Part shown: one piece after another, positions 33,111 to 46,228 of the stretch | Layout: the number at the start of each line of letters is the position of its first letter | Numbering within the stretch: the stretch's first letter is position 1 | Source: Thalia democratica | Lineage: Eukaryota | Direction: 5' to 3' | Assembly (NCBI GenBank): GCA_965202585.1 | Contig: OZ241830.1 | Span: 45,818,001-45,882,000, forward strand | DNA: 64,000 bases | Position numbers and translations under genes: made by a program | Notes under the pieces: generated by a model | Seen by the model: only the letters and a program-made list of their open reading frames with translations | Databases searched by the model: none | What the model was told of the DNA's origin: nothing

Positions 33111-36100
33111 TGTTCAAACACTTTTATTTAATCATCAATAGTTATTAAATCCAAAACTTTTTACACTATAGGTAGACTAACCTTCTTAAAACTTCTAACA
33201 GTTTTCAAATAGACACATTATAAACTAACATATTGCAAAAAATCTAGTTGCACGTTTTTCTACTTGTCTAGTTATTGAAAAGTATATATTTTTTTATAGA
33301 CAGAAATATTTTGCACACTGTTTTTTAATAATCTTACAACTGAAATTTTGTACCGAATTTTTGTTTAAATAAAAATATCTTCAATATTTTTTTAATAAGT
33401 TTAAACTCTTTTTTGTTATACATAAAACAGTTTGTAGTTATTCTAACATTCTGATTGAATTTTTTTCCGACTTAATAGAATTGTAAATCTTAAATATAAG
33501 CATATTAAGAAAATGAATCTTAGGTTATATCAAAAAATAGTTTGTGTTTATTTGTATCTAAATTATATATCTGTATTAAGTTATCAATAAAAACTATATT
33601 TCTTTTGTACAAAAACTAGAATTTATTAATATAAACAAAGTTTAAAAATTACACTAAATATACATAAACACACACACAAATATACAACTATATATAAATC
33701 AACAATTTAAACTTGATAACTCTTACCAAAAAACGAAAACGAAACAAAAAAAAAAGAAACAAAACTTGGTACAACCAACTTTAAGTAATTTGAATAAAAC
33801 AAATATAAATAGAAAATTAATTTGTTTGATAAAAAAACAGACATACAATTTTTTATAGGCATAATATGCAAACTACCTATTCACGAATGGCTAATACGGA
33901 GATTATGATTTAAATGCATCATAACCTGAAAATGTTAAATAATAACACTTGAAGTAATACTCGATCTAACTACGCTGGTAGCTGCAAATATATTTAGAAA
34001 GGAAGGCAACTGCCGCTCGGGGAACATTATTAATAGGGCCAATAGCTTTGACTTTTAGACAAGTTCGATTTGTGCTCAATTTAGGTTAAGGTACACCGAT
34101 CAAAAAAATTGGTAAAGGTGGCTTATATAGAAACAAAATTTATTTTTTGAAGTATTTTTGCAGCTTCAGTTGCAAAAACATTGAACAAAAGTATATATCG
34201 GGGTGACAAAATGATCACAACCTATAACCGATGGTAACACTCCAATGTGTAGACTGTGCCCAAATAATCCGTTGTTGTGTATGCTTTGAATTAAAAGGGC
34301 TGTCTAAACAAAAGGAACTTATATACTTCTTTTTAGAGACTTCATAAAAAAAATACTTTTTTAATTCAACAAAATTTGTACTTTTTTATTGAGTTTTTGT
34401 AGTTTTTTTTGTTACAAGCAAAGTTGAATTTTTGCATAAAACGTCATGCATAAAATTCAAAAATACGTTAAATATTTTTTAGTATAGTTATTTTATTTGT
34501 AAGTTTTTTGTACGCTTTAAGTCTTTTTTTTAACGTTTTATAGCTGTAAGCCGAACTTTAAAACAATTGTTTTATTTCTAGTAGTTTGCTTTTTGTAGTA
34601 AATTTTATCAAATTTTTTCTCAAAGGGCTGAGTGTATAAAGTATAGTTTCAGTTAATAATACAAACTTTGTTATGAGATTACCATTTTATATAATTACAT
34701 TTACTTTTTGATGTTGCAGAAAATGTTTCGCTACCTTTTAAAAGCTTTAATGGTGTAAGAAATACGTATATATATGTATATATATAGGTTTATTTTAAGA
34801 TGTAGAACTCAACGGACTCGAGTTTCGTGCCTATGCACTCATCAGCTTCAAAACTTAGATAAATATTATTACAAGATGAAATAACTTGCAGAAATCGAGT
34901 TTGGTGCCTATGCACTCCTCAACTGCAAAATTTTTACATCTTGTAATAAAATTTTTTTTTATAAAATACCCTTAAGGTAAGCTCTGTTTTGAAATATTTA
35001 ATTTATTAAGTTAACCAACTTATTTCTGATTTTTAACCACCAAATACTGAGGTAGCTGAGGGCAAAACTTGAGTTTAGTTTTTTTCATTTGCATCTTGTA
35101 AATAGACTTTTATATACTTCTTTTTGCTTAGTAAATTTAAAATAAACAATGGAGAACCTGTTATTAATTTTGTAATGCTGCTTTAACATTTCTTAATGCT
35201 TCTTTTTTTTAATACATAACTTACTATCAGGTCTACTTTTGAATGCTAGTAAAACAATTGTACCAGATAAAACATTGTGTTTTTAAAGTTATATATACGT
35301 ATTTTCAAAAGTATAACATGAATTTTTAAATAAATTCTCAGTCTTAATATATTTCTATAAGGAACTTATGCATACACGCATAGACAAAGATTTCTAGCTG
35401 AAAAAGGGACATGATTACAAACAACTGTTTCAAACTTGAACTTTCAAATAAACAACATAAATATTTAATAAATTTCCGTCAAAGTCATTTGTTTTCCTAG
35501 TCTACAGACTTCAGTTTTTGTATTTTAGAATAAAAATTCAAAGCTAAAACTAATATTAATTATAAGGTAATATTAACCAAGCATACTAAAACTTTAGCAT
35601 TTTAAAGTTATAAGTAGGTTGAAAGTTGCTTAAAAAAAGATTATAAATATTATACCAGTGTATTACAAAACACTTTAAACAAAAATGCTAGCTTTTGGTA
35701 AACTAAGTTTTTAAGTTTTGTTTAAACTAAAAACCTTACATCTAAGATTTTTTTATGATTCAAATCATTTAGGTAAAAATTAAAAAACCGGTCATAATTA
35801 AAAAAATGATAGAGAAAAATTACTTTAAAACAGTTAAACAATTCCTATAAAATTTATTGAAATATTTTAAAACTAAGATTTTATTATATTATGTAACGTC
35901 ACTTTAATCATAAATTAAAAACATAAAACACAAAACCTTTTAATGGTTTGTACTTGATATAAATTTTTAATCATAAGACCTATTTACAACGCTTATAAAG
36001 TGCATAAAATATTTAAGTTACTTATCTTTTACAACCAAAATTACAAACAATGAAAATTAAAAATAAAAGCTTGCTTTTACTTTTAAACAAAAATTTAAAA

Positions 36101-39100
36101 AATACAATTTTGCCAACATACCGGAAAACACATAAACCAAAACAATAGTTTCTATTTTGAAGCATTAAAAAACCAACAAAATAGTTTCTATGAAAACATT
36201 TTACAAAAAACAACTTTCAAAGTTGCTTAGTTCTGTTTAGTTTACGTAGCTATGAAAAAAAGGTAAAAAAAAGACTTATTTATGTTTTATAACACAAAAA
36301 GCAGAATTATTAAATAACACTTGCTGTTTGCTATAACCTTTAAATAACACAATGATCTTTTAAATATCAGTTTTATACTTTACCTTTTTACATTCTCTGT
36401 TATATAATATATTTACGTATTTAACTGAAAGATATATGTTAACAACATTTGAAACTATATGTTTTAATGTAATAAATTTTCGATAGAATATTTTTGTATA
36501 GTCAGTTTTTAGTTACTATTATTTAAAAATACTGAATTTTACGATCTAACCGATAAGTCAACAAAATAGCTTATTAAAAAACTACTCGTTTGTCGCACAC
36601 TCAACGAAAATTAAAGCATTCTTTTTGTCTACAAAACTACTTATTGAGCTACTAGTTTAATTTTTAATTACTTTAGGTTTATAAAAAATATCATTTAGTT
36701 GAAAAACTAAACCATTGATAAATATAAAATTGGTAAAGTAAAGTATTGGTTTTTAAGGTTTCTTAAACCTGTAAAATTAATCACTATTTAGTGAGACAAG
36801 TATACAAATATACTTTAAATAAAATTTTTTTTTATTTTATAATTTAAAATATTTTAGTAGAAGTTGTAGTTTTGATAAACAGAGTTTTGGTAATATATTT
36901 TTGTTGCTAATTTTAAATTTTGAAGGTAAGTACAAAAAGTTTATGTTAAAAACCTATCTAAAAACTTAAAAATTGTTGGCTACTAACAACTAAACTTTTA
37001 CTACAAAATACTACCTTTTACTACAAGTTGTAGAATATAACAAAGAAAATCTTGGCAAAATTTCAATTTAGAAGTTTTGAAAAGTTTAGAAAAACATAAC
37101 ATCGACAAATTTGGTACTTTATAATTAAACTGTTATTGTAGGCAGTAGTATACAAAACATATTCAGATAAAAAATGAACTTTACAGATTCAAATTATTTC
37201 GTCAGAATTTATTAGAGAGCCACGCGTAATTTCAAAGTAAGTTGAAAACATTTTAAGCCACATGTTTTAAAAGTTTTTGGACAATTTGTTTTGATTTTTT
37301 GATCGACAAAACAAATGAAGTAAAATCAATAGAAAAATCTCATTACTGTTGGTTTGTGAGTATGGTTAAGGAAATGCTGAAAGTAGATAATCGAAAGAAT
37401 TCTAGTAAACATACAAAAGTTAATTTTAGCCTAGGTGAATTTAAAAGTATTTTTTTTTGCAAATCTACACTTTTTAGTTGAGTAATAAATTAAATAACCT
37501 TGACAATTATCTGTTCAGGCAATGAACAAATTTTCCATGGTCATAAAATATAAAATCGATTTTACAATTAGTTTGGAAGTTAAAAGAAAAAATGAACTTT
37601 TTTACTGTGGATTTATATAAGTATTAAAGTACAACTTTTACTTCTTTTTGTCTCCTCTACCTTTATAAAAAGACTCTTTTAGGTTTAGTATTTAATTGTT
37701 TTTCGTATTAAATTTTCGAACAAGCAAATTGAAAAATAATCTTATAATCACTTTTTAGTTGTCAGAATTTGCATGAATTAGACATTAAAAATCTTAACTA
37801 ATATTTTTGCAGTTTTTAATATTAGTGGTTAGTTATACTGTTTATAATACTGTGTAGTTGTTCAGAACTTTAGTTTTTCATTCGACAAATCATGAAATAA
37901 TAGATCACAGTTTTTGTTAAAGATATTTATTTTTTTCGTTTATTTATTTTATTTTGTTAAACTACAAATGGTAAGACTTGATAAGTAGAACACGTGTTCG
38001 TATAAAAGATGTTTGAGGTAATATAAACGTTTATTTTTGATTTAAAAAGTTTGCTTTGTAGAAAAATAACCACCAATTTAAAGACGAATAGCTTTTGTAT
38101 TAAAAATTTAGTTGTGTCAAACGTGATTAACAAAACTAACACACACATATAGTAAGAACACAAACATCAAAATTATTTGTTTTTCCTTATTATTTTTTAG
38201 CTTTTTATTTAAAATGTATAGAGTCTTCTACATAAAGTACATCTACTAGACGTTACTTTTTTTAATTATAGAAAAATTGATTATATAGCTTTGTAAGTGT
38301 AAAAATTTAGTCTATTAAAATGTTTTATGTATACTTCATTAGTTATTTTATGAAAAGAAATGAGTCAAACTGCTTTTTAAATGTTTATTATTATTTTGTA
38401 ACAAGTATACTTTTAAATTGTTTTTGTCAATATACTAATCGCTTATTAACTTACAAAGCTATCCCTTAGCTAAAAATGATCTTTCTTATGAAACCGTATT
38501 GAATTTAATATTGTTATAAATTTAACTAACTATAACAGTTGTTTTTATTTTATTATGTGTTTTACTTGTTAAGGGTTTTAATGTCTCATTATGACATAAC
38601 CTAATAATTTTCTAGCTGTGTGTTTTATTTAATTCACTTTTGTATCATTTTAATTATAAGTTTTTGTCAAAAACTTAATAAAAAAGCTTTTCTGAAATGG
38701 TTTTGCTTAATTTGTTTGTCGTTTGTCAGTAATTCTTTTAAAATAGACTTTTTTAAGACTTTAAGTAGTTTAAATATGAAAAATTTACGAGAATTATTAT
38801 TTTATCAAAAGAGTAACATATATTACAAGATTAAGATTTAACTAAATGGAAACAACTATCCTTATATAAGTTACTGCTACTCTTTGAGAACAATACTTGA
38901 GTTTTTTTTTAATTTCAAGGTTTATAATAACAAAAAATAAGTTTTCACAAATGTTAAACTTTATCTAAGGTTGAAGTATAAAATATACCTTTATACTTTA
39001 AGTTTATGTAAATTAATTATTAATTAAACGACGTAACTTACCTTAAAAAGTACAAGATTAATAAAAATTTATAATTTTAACATTTAAAACTTTTAAATGT

Positions 39101-42100
39101 TGTATTAGAAAAGTTTTTAGTTTAAGTTTAGTTAAAAAATTATAACATTTGAAATTAATCGCAATTTTCATGCTGTCATAATTCTTTTAATAATTTATCA
39201 TAGAAAACGAGGTTTAATATTGTAGCTTAAAAGGTTAATCACATAAGTAATTTCTGAAAGACTCTTTTGAAGAACAAAAAAATTATAACAAAAATCATAG
39301 CTTTTAAAATTTTTGCTGTATAATTATAATGTTATTTAAAAAAAGCTGCATAAATTTATGTTTCAATATATGTTTTTCACTTTTAATGTAAACATCTTAA
39401 AACATTTTTCGGCCTTTAATATCAGTTATAAAAGTTACCAAAAACTTGACCATCTAACAATATATTAAATGCAATCGTCTTTAGTTCGATACTAGATACT
39501 TCTTTATACTATAAAATATATGTTTAAAAAACTAATAAAATATTATTTAAATTGTTCATAAGTATATGCTATTATCAATTTATAATGTAGGGTCTGTATG
39601 ATTTTGTTTTACAAGCCTCGTAATAAACTTGTAAACAAATTATTATCTTTTAAATAAATAGTTCTAGTTTTATGAAAGTATAAGTTTGAGTCAACTTTAT
39701 AAATATCTTTGACTATCCCATTTTAAACGATTCTATAGTAAAAACTTAAAGAAGTAGCTTTGAAATTAAAATATATCTTTAAATTTTACGGAAGATTTAA
39801 GCATACTTTGTTTTTATGTTTACATTTTACTAGGTGTGATATATGGTGCATAAAATGATATATAATACAATGACTATTTAGAAGAAAACAGTTTATCTAA
39901 AATAGCTATATATATATACTGTCAAATGTAAAAAAGTTAGTGAATAACTAGTTGTCGTCGGTTTAAGCATCTAAAACTTTAAGTGAGGAGTATATATCAA
40001 AATGTTAAATAACGTTACTAAAACATTTTCACTTTCTAAAGCCGTTTGTATCTTTCTCCAATTATATAGCTTTTCTTTTTGTATATATGTCTCAGGTGTT
40101 TAAAGATAATGTATAATTCATTAGAAATCTAAGCAAACCTAATTATATAAGGAAAATTTTCAATCAATCAGTTATTTTGTCTAAACTTTTTTTAAAACTG
40201 TTAAAGTGAGGGATCTTTACTTCCTATTGGATATCAATTTTCAATTTGGTTAAACATAATCTACATAAGTAGTACCAACAATTTAGTTGAAGTATAAAGT
40301 TTTACACATTTAGTTGAAAACATTTCCTTTTATATGAAAAGAAAGTTAAAGCTTTTAAAATTATATAACTTGTTTTTTTTTGAGTAGAATATTTAGATAC
40401 AGTTTGCTAATAAACAAACTTGTTTTCAACAAAGTATAGTAAAAAATAAAGTTTTCCTAAAATAGTTTTACTTTATCAGGTATGTAAATAAATTCTTCAC
40501 ACCTTTACAAACTTTTTTAGTTAAAAACTTTACTGATTAAGTACATATTTATAGTACTTATAATGTACTTTTTTGTATGTAATGTAATTTTTTTTTGGCA
40601 GATAAAAACAAACTTGTACTTAAGTTTTTTAAATAAATATTTTTGAATTATATAGTTTTGATTTCAAAATTAATTTATACTTGAATAGAAAAAAAATCAA
40701 TAATTTTTTTATACAATAAAGGAATTACAAAAAAAATCATCACCTATAACATAAACAATGAAAATTACAAAAGTTATTAATTATTATATAAAAATACCAT
40801 AATGAAAGATATTAATGACTATAGCACTAATTAAGTTGTCATTCACCATGTATATGTTTTTTATATGTATACAGTATATTTCGAAAATGTAGTCTACATT
40901 GTTTCATGTGTTTATTTTTCTTTTTAGTTTTAAAATACGAAGGTTGATGACGGACTAAAGCGTGAATTTTTTAAAGCATAGCAAGAAAAGTTAAGAAAAA
41001 CAGTAGTGCCGTCAAAGCTTGGTAAATTATTGATTTAAAAATGTCTGCATTGTTCATATGTATACTAGATATCTTTTCATCAATAAGCGCTAATAGTAAG
41101 ACAAAAAAAAAAAAAAAAACACTTTTTAGATGGTAAATTACAGAGTTCTAAACAAACAATAAAAATCTTACGTTAAAGGTTGTTATAGTAAACGTAGATT
41201 TGACATTACTGAAAATAAGTTTGATTAAAAGTAAAACTACTGAATTAATTTTAGTTTACTTTTTATCAATAAAATATATTATCTGACAAGATTTATGTAG
41301 TAACAGAAATGTAAATAGCCATTATATATTGTGTCTCTGCTTTGAAATACTAGATATTTTTTTCTTATTTATTTAGTTTTAATTTTTACTTTCATTTTTG
41401 AATATTTTTTATTTCTAAACTGGAGTTTAGCAGAAAATTTTTCGACTGAATTATTCCAAATTAATTAATTCAAATTAAATTTAATATTTCAAATTAAGAA
41501 GTTTAGTAAACTTGTAAAAAAAAATCCGCTTACTTAATCTAACGTTTTTAGTGGAATTACCAAAATTAATTTATCAAATTATCTAAATTGAACCAAGTTG
41601 CTTTTTTTTCTCAATTAACAAGATTTATTCAGCTTTAACTTTTTACAGTTTATAAAAAATCGAATGCGTGAAAAACGCCTTAGTAATGTTCATAATGTTA
41701 AAAAACTTGTTTAGTTTAACTAAAAGCGTTCATACTTATACGAACTATGCTTATGGACTATGGTCAATTTAAATTTTTTTGAAGTATATACTTTTTTTTT
41801 TTAATTTTGCCTTATTTTTTTATGCTAACTTATTAAAACTATTTTTAACTCAAGTTTTCAATTTGAAATTATTAAAGCGTTAAAATAATAAACATTTATA
41901 CGTTGGTTAAAAAAATAATATGTAAACAACTTAATTTTAAAATGTTTTAAGCTAACATTCTACATATTGATTAAGATTCATAAAAATTAGTTCTTAAGTT
42001 TTTATATCAACTTTCTAAAGATGTGTATGAAACTGCTATAAAAGACATATTATTATTTTAAACTTTTATGTAAAAACAGATAATTTATTTTTTAAAACCT

Positions 42101-42202
42101 AATTATTAAACAAAATGAAAAATATTTTAAATAGTTTTCAGCCAAATAAATATTTGAAGCATATTAAAAAATATTTATATTAAAATAATATAAAGTAAAA
42201 AC

Positions 42203-43717
42203 ATGAATGAAAAAGAAACGGTTATACTTGGAATTTTTATGTCAATCTTCGTTCTCGGTCTAATCGGAAATCTTTTTTTGATTTTAGCTTTGTCTAAGCA
42301 GATACAAACAGCTTGGTCGACAACAACAACATATCTGCTTAATTTAGCTGTTTCTGATCTTCTATTTGTTTCAACTTTGCCTTTTTGGAGTCTCATGTAC
42401 TACAACGAAAAAGTTTTTTTAATTTTAGTATGGTTTTGTATGTGCAAAGTAAACAGGCACAAAACATTTTACATTAATAGTTAGTTAGTAGTTCCTTATT
42501 TCAATTTATAGGTAAAAGCTAACTAAAAGTAAATAATAAGTTATTTACCGAAAAACTTAAGTAGATATTTAGTATTTTCCTTAGATAAAAGTGTTTATAT
42601 TAATGCGAAGTTTAAGTTAGATGTACTTTTTTAGCTTAGCATATAATTTCTTCTTTTACAGAACTTGTTATCAAGTTTGTCTAAGATTTATAACATAACC
42701 TCCTATCTAAAAACAAAAATTAAAAAATAAGTTTGATATTTTCATAATAATGTTTTTTGTCTCACAATAATTTAACTCCTTTAATTTGTATAACGAAACA
42801 TATATTTTTTTAAGGTATGGTCCTTCGGTCCCTTTATGTGCAAATTGTGCAAACTACTACCCACAATTAACATGTTCAGCAGCATTTTTTTTCTGACATC
42901 AATTGCAATCGACCGATGGCTTGCAGTAGTACACTCTAACAGTTTAACGAGCAAGAAATTACGAAGAAAAAGTAGCACGTACAAAATCTGTTTTGGAACT
43001 TGGGTCATGGCGATTGTCCTTGGTACCCCATTTATATTGTGGTCTAAACTTGTTCCTCATCACGTTCATGATAAATGGAACAAATCGCTTGATATTATTG
43101 ACCTACCAAGGCAGTACAATAAGACAGTTGCAGAAGCTTTTTATAACGCTGAAGTAGATGTCAAGCTGCAATGCCAATTTTTCGTCCCATTAAGCGAGTA
43201 CAAGATAATTATCGGCGGTACAATAGAGCTCATGAAATGCTGTATAGGCTTTTTTCTTCCAGTCATAGTCATAAGCTTTTGTTACATAAAAGTTGTGATA
43301 ACGGTTCGAAAAAAGACAATGAATACTTCGGTTACTGGTAGAACACCTGTTGGTAAGGTTACGTCGTTAAGTACCATCATAATAACAGCTTTCATTATTT
43401 GCTGGTTTCCAATGCAGCTTCTTACTTTTCTTTCAGCTATTGGAGGATGGTTTGAAACAGGATTTGATTTTAATCCAACACATTACGATTATGCTTATCC
43501 TTATACACTGTGCCTTGCCTGGTCTAATAGTGTGTTAAACCCCTTGATTTACGCTTGTTCGGCACCTAAGATTAGGAAACACATGATGAATATGTTTTGT
43601 TGCTTCCAAGAACAAAACTTTGAACTACCAAGATCAACAGTAAGAAACTCCGTGCAGCTACACAGGTCCCCAGCCGTCAATTTTTCGCTTGGTAAATCAC
43701 TATGCTCAGCTGTATAA
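42203..43717 (+). CDS. Rhodopsin-family (class A) GPCR, peptide/chemoattractant-receptor-like, 2 coding exons, 370 aa
   Basis: join(42203..42412,42815..43717), phase-0 GT-AG intron (AAA|gttttt ... ttttaag|GTA) giving YYNEK-VWSFGPFMCK. Seven hydrophobic segments with GN (TM1), LAVSD..TLPFW (TM2), C at the top of TM3, DRW, W in TM4, FFLP..CY (TM5), CWFP (TM6) and NSVLNPLIY (TM7). Confidence 0.93.
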
Positions 43718-44447
43718 GAAATCTAAAAAATATTCTCAATGAAGCAAAAGTATTTTAGGTTTTTTTTACGGCCTTTAAAAAAAACCTAAACAAATAAAAG
43801 TGTGGCAAACAAACAAAAATTAGTATAAGTACAAAATAAACCAACAAATACGTAAACATTTATATCTTTTCTTGATTATTTATTTGTTTAATTTATGAAC
43901 AAATCTAAATACTTCTATTGGTGTATATTTTAAAAATATATATTTGTGTCGTATTATTTTGTTAAATAATTTCTAATGCTAATTTTTTTATTATAAATGA
44001 TAAAAGTTTAAAACTTTTAAAAATTACCGCTTTAAGATCAGAAACAAAAATATACAACGGTACTTTGTGAGTAATATTTGAACGAACAAAGTAAAATTTA
44101 GCTATCAGCTTTAAAATTTTTCCTTTTTGTTTGTATTCAAAAAATGTTGTTGTTGTGTATTGTTTACTAGTAAAAAGTTTTAAGCCAAAATTATGCTGTG
44201 TAGTTGTAATACTTTTTTTGTGCTAGTAATGTTTTTTGAAGCCTAAAAACGGAGAATGTTTTAAGGATGTTTGTGTGAAACTAATACTTTTTAAGATACA
44301 ATCAATTACAAAGTAATTTAATAACAAATTTCAAAACGTACTACATGCATTATATTTGCAATTTAAAACAGTAATAAACTATAAAAACAGTACTTAAAAT
44401 AGTTAGTTTTTGCTTTTTATAAAAATAAATCTAAAACTCTGTTTTTT

Positions 44448-44448
<1 letters not shown>

Positions 44449-44496
<48 letters not shown>
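44449..44496. repeat. (TTG)16 microsatellite
   Basis: Sixteen uninterrupted TTG units read directly. Confidence 0.95.
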
Positions 44497-44500
<4 letters not shown>

Positions 44501-45321
44501 ATATAACAAAAAGATGTATCGATATAAAGAGCTCACTTTACCATTAAAAAACAAATAAGTACGTATTTAATAGTTCTAATAGAATGAAAGTAAACTTTAA
44601 TTTTTTATAGTTCGTATTTTACGTTTTTGCTTTGAAATTTTTGCTAACTTGAATAATTTTAAATATTTTTTGATAAAAAGTATTGTATCAAGTTTAACTT
44701 AAAAAAATAAATTTAAACGTATGAGTTTTAATTTTAAAGTTTAAGTAAAGTTTTTGTATCGCATAAATTAGTTTTATCGAAAAGAAAAAGTTTAATATTA
44801 TATACTAAGTATTATAATATACTTAGAAATAGAAATTGAAAAGTAAAGTTTTATTAGAACTTAATTTACTTTCAACTAACTGGTATTTTTTTTGAAAACG
44901 TTAACCCATGTTTTAGTGATTTATATAAAAACTCTTAAAAAGTTGCATAAAATTATTAGAAAAATAGTATACTAAGTTTTTAAAGTTGTGTTATTTGTAC
45001 TAACTATCATATTTGAAAAAATATATAAAGTTTTGATGATACCACTTAGATCATCAGACCGCAAGTATGATCAAAACTTTATGCTAGCTTTAGCTTTTCT
45101 TAAACAAAATTAAAATTAAGGCTTTGGCTCGGATGACATTCGCCAATGTTTTCTATTATTTTATAATGATGGTTCAATTTTGATATTTCAAAAAAAAGTA
45201 GATAATTTTCTTATATATGGACACTTTTACTTAGTATTACAAATAAATTGATATAAAGTTCTGCAAATTTATTGTTTTACTTTTTCAAAAAATAACAACA
45301 AGTTTATTGAACAACAAAAAA

Positions 45322-45425
45322 ATAAGCGTTCAAAAATTGTGGTTCAAATAACTAGTGTACAAAAAAAACTTTTAGTTATCGATTCATTTACCAGGATACA
45401 TTTAATTTTTCTTGTCCAGGACAAT
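45322..45425. repeat. Dispersed repeat family A, copy 3 (more diverged)
   Basis: aagcgttcaaaaattgtgg...tttttagttatcgattc..accaggatac..cttgtccaggacaa. Confidence 0.45.
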
Positions 45426-45893
45426 ACACAAATGTAACATTTTAAGACTGAACATAATAAATAATTACTGACTTATACATTTTGAAATTGATCAAATTAA
45501 TGCTATTAATTACTTAAACTCTGAAAATTTCTAATTAAAGAGGTTTTATTAAACTGGTGTACAGTACATGTGTTAGACTAAAGAGGTTTAGTGTTTGAAT
45601 AGAAAATACATGTTTTTTTTAACGCATTTTAGCTTAAAATTTTTTTCATCCTATCCACATTTTATAACTTATAGAACAATAATTGTGTCTGTTTATTTTA
45701 TACGAGACTATTTGTAATTAGTTAAAAATGTAAAACAGAGTGCTAATTACAAACATTACTAAGTAAAATCTATTTTTATCCAAAAACCAATAAAATACAA
45801 ACATAAATCTTAAAAAAAAATGCGAAGTCAAATAAAAATAGTACTATATGTACACAAGTCTTTGTTTAGTTAACGCATTTAAAAAAACACATA

Positions 45894-46228
45894 TAAGGAC
45901 TTCGATAAGGTACGTATTTTGTAACTAGACAAAAATACGTATGTTCCTTTTTTGATATGCGTATCTTACAATTTAAAGACATTTTTACCATTTACTCACT
46001 TGATAACAGCTAATATCTATTTATACGAAAAAAACAAGCTAGCATAGTTTATTTAGAATTACTAGACTTTGAAAAAAATAATTGCAAAAGTTTGTAAATA
46101 ATCATTTAACACTAAATTTTTATTTATCATAGTTTAACTTTTTTGTTAGAACTCTATAAAGAGTAAGTTCAAATTACTTTTTTTTTCCCAAAATTCAAGA
46201 TCTAGTGCGTACCTTACGAAGGTGCTTA
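45894..46228. mobile_element. Possible decayed MITE (~335 bp)
   Basis: Imperfect ~22-bp inverted termini taaggacttcgataaggtacg / cgtaccttacgaaggtgctta. No clean TSD. Confidence 0.3.

Noticed and set aside
36000-39000. Short 60-75-aa F/K/L/I-rich ORFs here and elsewhere (e.g. 6290, 7110, 30312, 48910, 51473, 54129, 61211)
   Set aside because: Composition simply mirrors AT-rich DNA; no motifs or splice support.
42175-43008. Minus-strand ORFs 42175..42396 and 42781..43008 (also 17798..18043, 25477..25713, 27431..27649)
   Set aside because: Shadows of genuine plus-strand exons.
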